Positions 61,989 through 64,000 of a stretch of 64,000 nt of DNA are shown here, in pieces. Source of the DNA: an uncultured Alphaproteobacteria bacterium (GTDB lineage Bacteria > Pseudomonadota > Alphaproteobacteria > HIMB59 > GCA-002718135); NCBI GenBank assembly GCA_902521315.1, contig CABYRH010000002.1, positions 20,076-84,075 on the forward strand, written 5' to 3'. The position numbers and the translations under genes are program-made. Numbering within the stretch: the stretch's first letter is position 1; each line of letters starts with the position of its first letter. Under the pieces are notes generated by a model. The model saw only the letters and a program-made list of their open reading frames with translations. It did not search any database and was not told the origin of the DNA.

Positions 61989-62793
61989 TTCTATGTTCCC
62001 CAGAAAGTGCTAAATATTTTTTTCCTTTTGCTCGTCCAATAAGTGTTAAATTTGATCCCCTCGCTAGCTCTACACCCCATGCTGTGAATCCTGATCTAGA
62101 AATTAATATTGGAATACCCATTTTTATTGTTTTAATAACCATTTCACTAGTTAGTCTTCCTGTGGTGTAAAAAATTTTATTTGAAGAGCTAATTTTTTTT
62201 AAAAACATAAAACCAGCAATTTTATCTACAGCATTATGCCTCCCTACGTCTTCCATATAAATCAATGGTTTATTATTATGAATAATGGCACAGCCATGTA
62301 TTGCTCCTGTTTCTAAATATAAGCTCGGTGTTAATGTAATTTTTTTTGAAATTTCATATATCCATTTATGTTTAATTTTCTTTTTCGATTTTAATTTTGA
62401 TTTTTTTATTTCCGCATAGATATCTCCAAATACCGTACCTATTGCACAACCACTAGTTGTTATTTTCTTTCTTAATTTATTTTCATAATTTGTTTTACGT
62501 TTTGTTCGTACAACAACCACACCTAAATCTTTATCAATTTCAACTTTTGTAATTATGTCATTTTTCTTAAGCATATTTTGATTTAATAAATACCCAACTG
62601 CAAGATATTTTGGATGATCACTAATAGACATTAGCGTTACTATCTCTTGATTATTAAGAAAAATTGTAAGAGCTTTTTCATTAATAACTTTAGAAATTAT
62701 TTTATTCCCTTTCTCATCAAAACCATTTAGTTTTGTAATTAAGGATTTATTATTAATATCAGGTGAGACTAAATATTTCTCTTTTTTTGTCAT
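61975..62793 (-). CDS. fdhD: formate dehydrogenase accessory sulfurtransferase FdhD
   Basis: 272 aa. HPKYLAVGYLLNQ, the TTSGCAIG cysteine loop, EDVGRHNAVDK, and SRSGFT. 14-nt overlap with mobA. Confidence 0.85.
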   Translation of the reverse strand: MTKKEKYLVSPDINNKSLITKLNGFDEKGNKIISKVINEKALTIFLNNQEIVTLMSISDHPKYLAVGYLLNQNMLKKNDIITKVEIDKDLGVVVVRTKRKTNYENKLRKKITTSGCAIGTVFGDIYAEIKKSKLKSKKKIKHKWIYEISKKITLTPSLYLETGAIHGCAIIHNNKPLIYMEDVGRHNAVDKIAGFMFLKKISSSNKIFYTTGRLTSEMVIKTIKMGIPILISRSGFTAWGVELARGSNLTLIGRAKGKKYLALSGEHRIDNK

Positions 62794-62819
62794 ATGCTGT
62801 AATTAAACTAATAATTTAA

Positions 62820-63512
62820 ATGAACATATTAGAAATTTTTACAAATTCCATACTATTAATTATTACTTTAGATAATGAGCTATGGGACATTATACTTTTA
62901 TCATTATTTGTAAGTTTTACTGCGCTAATTATTGCATCATTATTAGGATTTATAGTAGGGTATTATTTTGCAATTTATAATTTTTATTTCAAAAAAATTA
63001 TTCTAATAATTATAAACTCATTGATGGGAATTCCTCCAGTTGTAGTTGGTTTAATTGTTTATTTTATTTTTGCATCAGGTGGACCTTTAGGTATTTTACA
63101 GCTTCTATACACACCTTTTGCAATGATTATTGCTCAAACTATAATAATTTTTCCTATAATTGCTTCATTATCTCATGAGATATTTTCTAAAAATTGGTTT
63201 GAATTTAAAGATCAGATAAGATCCTTAAATATTCCTTTTTGGGGTTCTGTAAAACTTTTATTTAACCATAGTTATTTTTTATTAATAACAACATTATTAT
63301 CTGCTTTTGGAAGAGCAATTTCAGAAGTTGGTGCAGTTATGATTGTGGGTGGTAATATTGATCATTATACACGAGTAATGACCACTGCTATATCTTTAGA
63401 AACTAGAATGGGAAATTTAGAATACGCTATGGCATTAGGTTTAGTTTTAATATCAATAACAATAATTATTTACTCTCTTGTATATTTATTAAATAATAGA
63501 TCTATTAAATGA
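62820..63512 (+). CDS. ABC transporter permease, tungstate/oxyanion (TupB-like) type
   Basis: 230 aa with about 5-6 TM helices. The EAA-like loop FGRAISEVGAVMIVGGNI matches my recollection of TupB-type permeases. It is flanked by Mo/W-cofactor genes. Confidence 0.65.
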   Translation: MNILEIFTNSILLIITLDNELWDIILLSLFVSFTALIIASLLGFIVGYYFAIYNFYFKKIILIIINSLMGIPPVVVGLIVYFIFASGGPLGILQLLYTPFAMIIAQTIIIFPIIASLSHEIFSKNWFEFKDQIRSLNIPFWGSVKLLFNHSYFLLITTLLSAFGRAISEVGAVMIVGGNIDHYTRVMTTAISLETRMGNLEYAMALGLVLISITIIIYSLVYLLNNRSIK

Positions 63513-63991
63513 AAATAGTAGGAATTGTTGGCTGGAAGGACTCAGGTAAAACGACTATTGCAACTAAAATTATAAATAAACTTAGCTCTAAAAATTTTCG
63601 TGTTGCTTCAATTAAACATGCACATCACGAATTTGATATAGATCATGAGAATACAGATAGCTTTAATCATAGATTAGCGGGATCTTCTCAAGTAATAGTT
63701 AGTTCATCGAAGCGATGGGTTAAAATATCAGAGCTAAACAATTCAAAAGAAAAAACATTAGATTATTTAATTAATCAACTTTCAGAAGTTGATATTGTAA
63801 TAGTGGAAGGGTTCAAAAATGAAAATCATCCAAAAATTGAAATAATTAAAAATGATAATAATAATTACTTATTCAGCAAAATAAAAAATATAAAAGCTAT
63901 TATTACAAATAATAAACTTGAAACTAACTTGAAAATTTTTAAGAATGACGAAATTGATAATTTAGTTGATTTTATTTTGAGAGAATTTTAA
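63509..63991 (+). CDS. mobB: molybdopterin-guanine dinucleotide biosynthesis adapter protein MobB
   Basis: 160 aa. P-loop VGIVGWKDSGKTT, SIKHAHH, and VIVEGFK. 4-nt overlap with the permease gene. Confidence 0.85.
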   Translation: MKIVGIVGWKDSGKTTIATKIINKLSSKNFRVASIKHAHHEFDIDHENTDSFNHRLAGSSQVIVSSSKRWVKISELNNSKEKTLDYLINQLSEVDIVIVEGFKNENHPKIEIIKNDNNNYLFSKIKNIKAIITNNKLETNLKIFKNDEIDNLVDFILREF

Positions 63992-64000
63992 TGAATAAAT

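Overview
This is a very AT-rich, extremely gene-dense chromosomal segment. I count about 73 protein-coding genes. Most spacers are under 50 nt and many neighbouring genes overlap by 1-15 nt. I found no rRNA, tRNA, CRISPR array, transposase, integrase or prophage genes.

Gene order is typical alphaproteobacterial core synteny: yebC...tolQRAB-pal-cpoB-tilS-ftsH, hisZ-purA/rpoH/rluD, DUF1013/DUF1192, and zapA-5-FCL-ymdB. Together with the streamlining and the methyl-group catabolism genes, this points to a SAR11/Pelagibacterales-like marine genome. That taxonomic call is inference from composition and synteny, not a search.

Main content, in order:
- arginine biosynthesis (argD, argF)
- a large one-carbon / methylamine oxidation supercluster: GcvT/DmdA-like demethylase, dimethylglycine dehydrogenase, etfBA, ETF-QO, soxBDAG, fhs and a metF-like gene
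- a photolyase-led lipid-modification operon: FAD oxidoreductase, DUF1365, CFA-synthase-like, DUF2878
- tkt-gap-efp-suhB
- the Tol-Pal system
- housekeeping genes
- a TauE/TIGR02186 membrane cluster
- a molybdenum/tungsten-cofactor and formate-dehydrogenase maturation set: mobA, fdhD, a tungstate-type permease, mobB

The window is mostly ordinary core genome. The observations I rank highest are:
1. A 97-aa Hjc-like PD-(D/E)xK nuclease sitting exactly where ruvCAB normally lies, between yebC and tolQ.
2. The photolyase-coupled operon that looks like a furan or methylated fatty-acid pathway.
3. An orphan ORF translationally coupled to efp.
4. The uncharacterised TauE / orphan membrane protein / TIGR02186 / USP module.
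5. An atypical 444-aa DmdA-like aminomethyltransferase.

All family assignments come from motif recognition by eye. No alignments or database searches were run.
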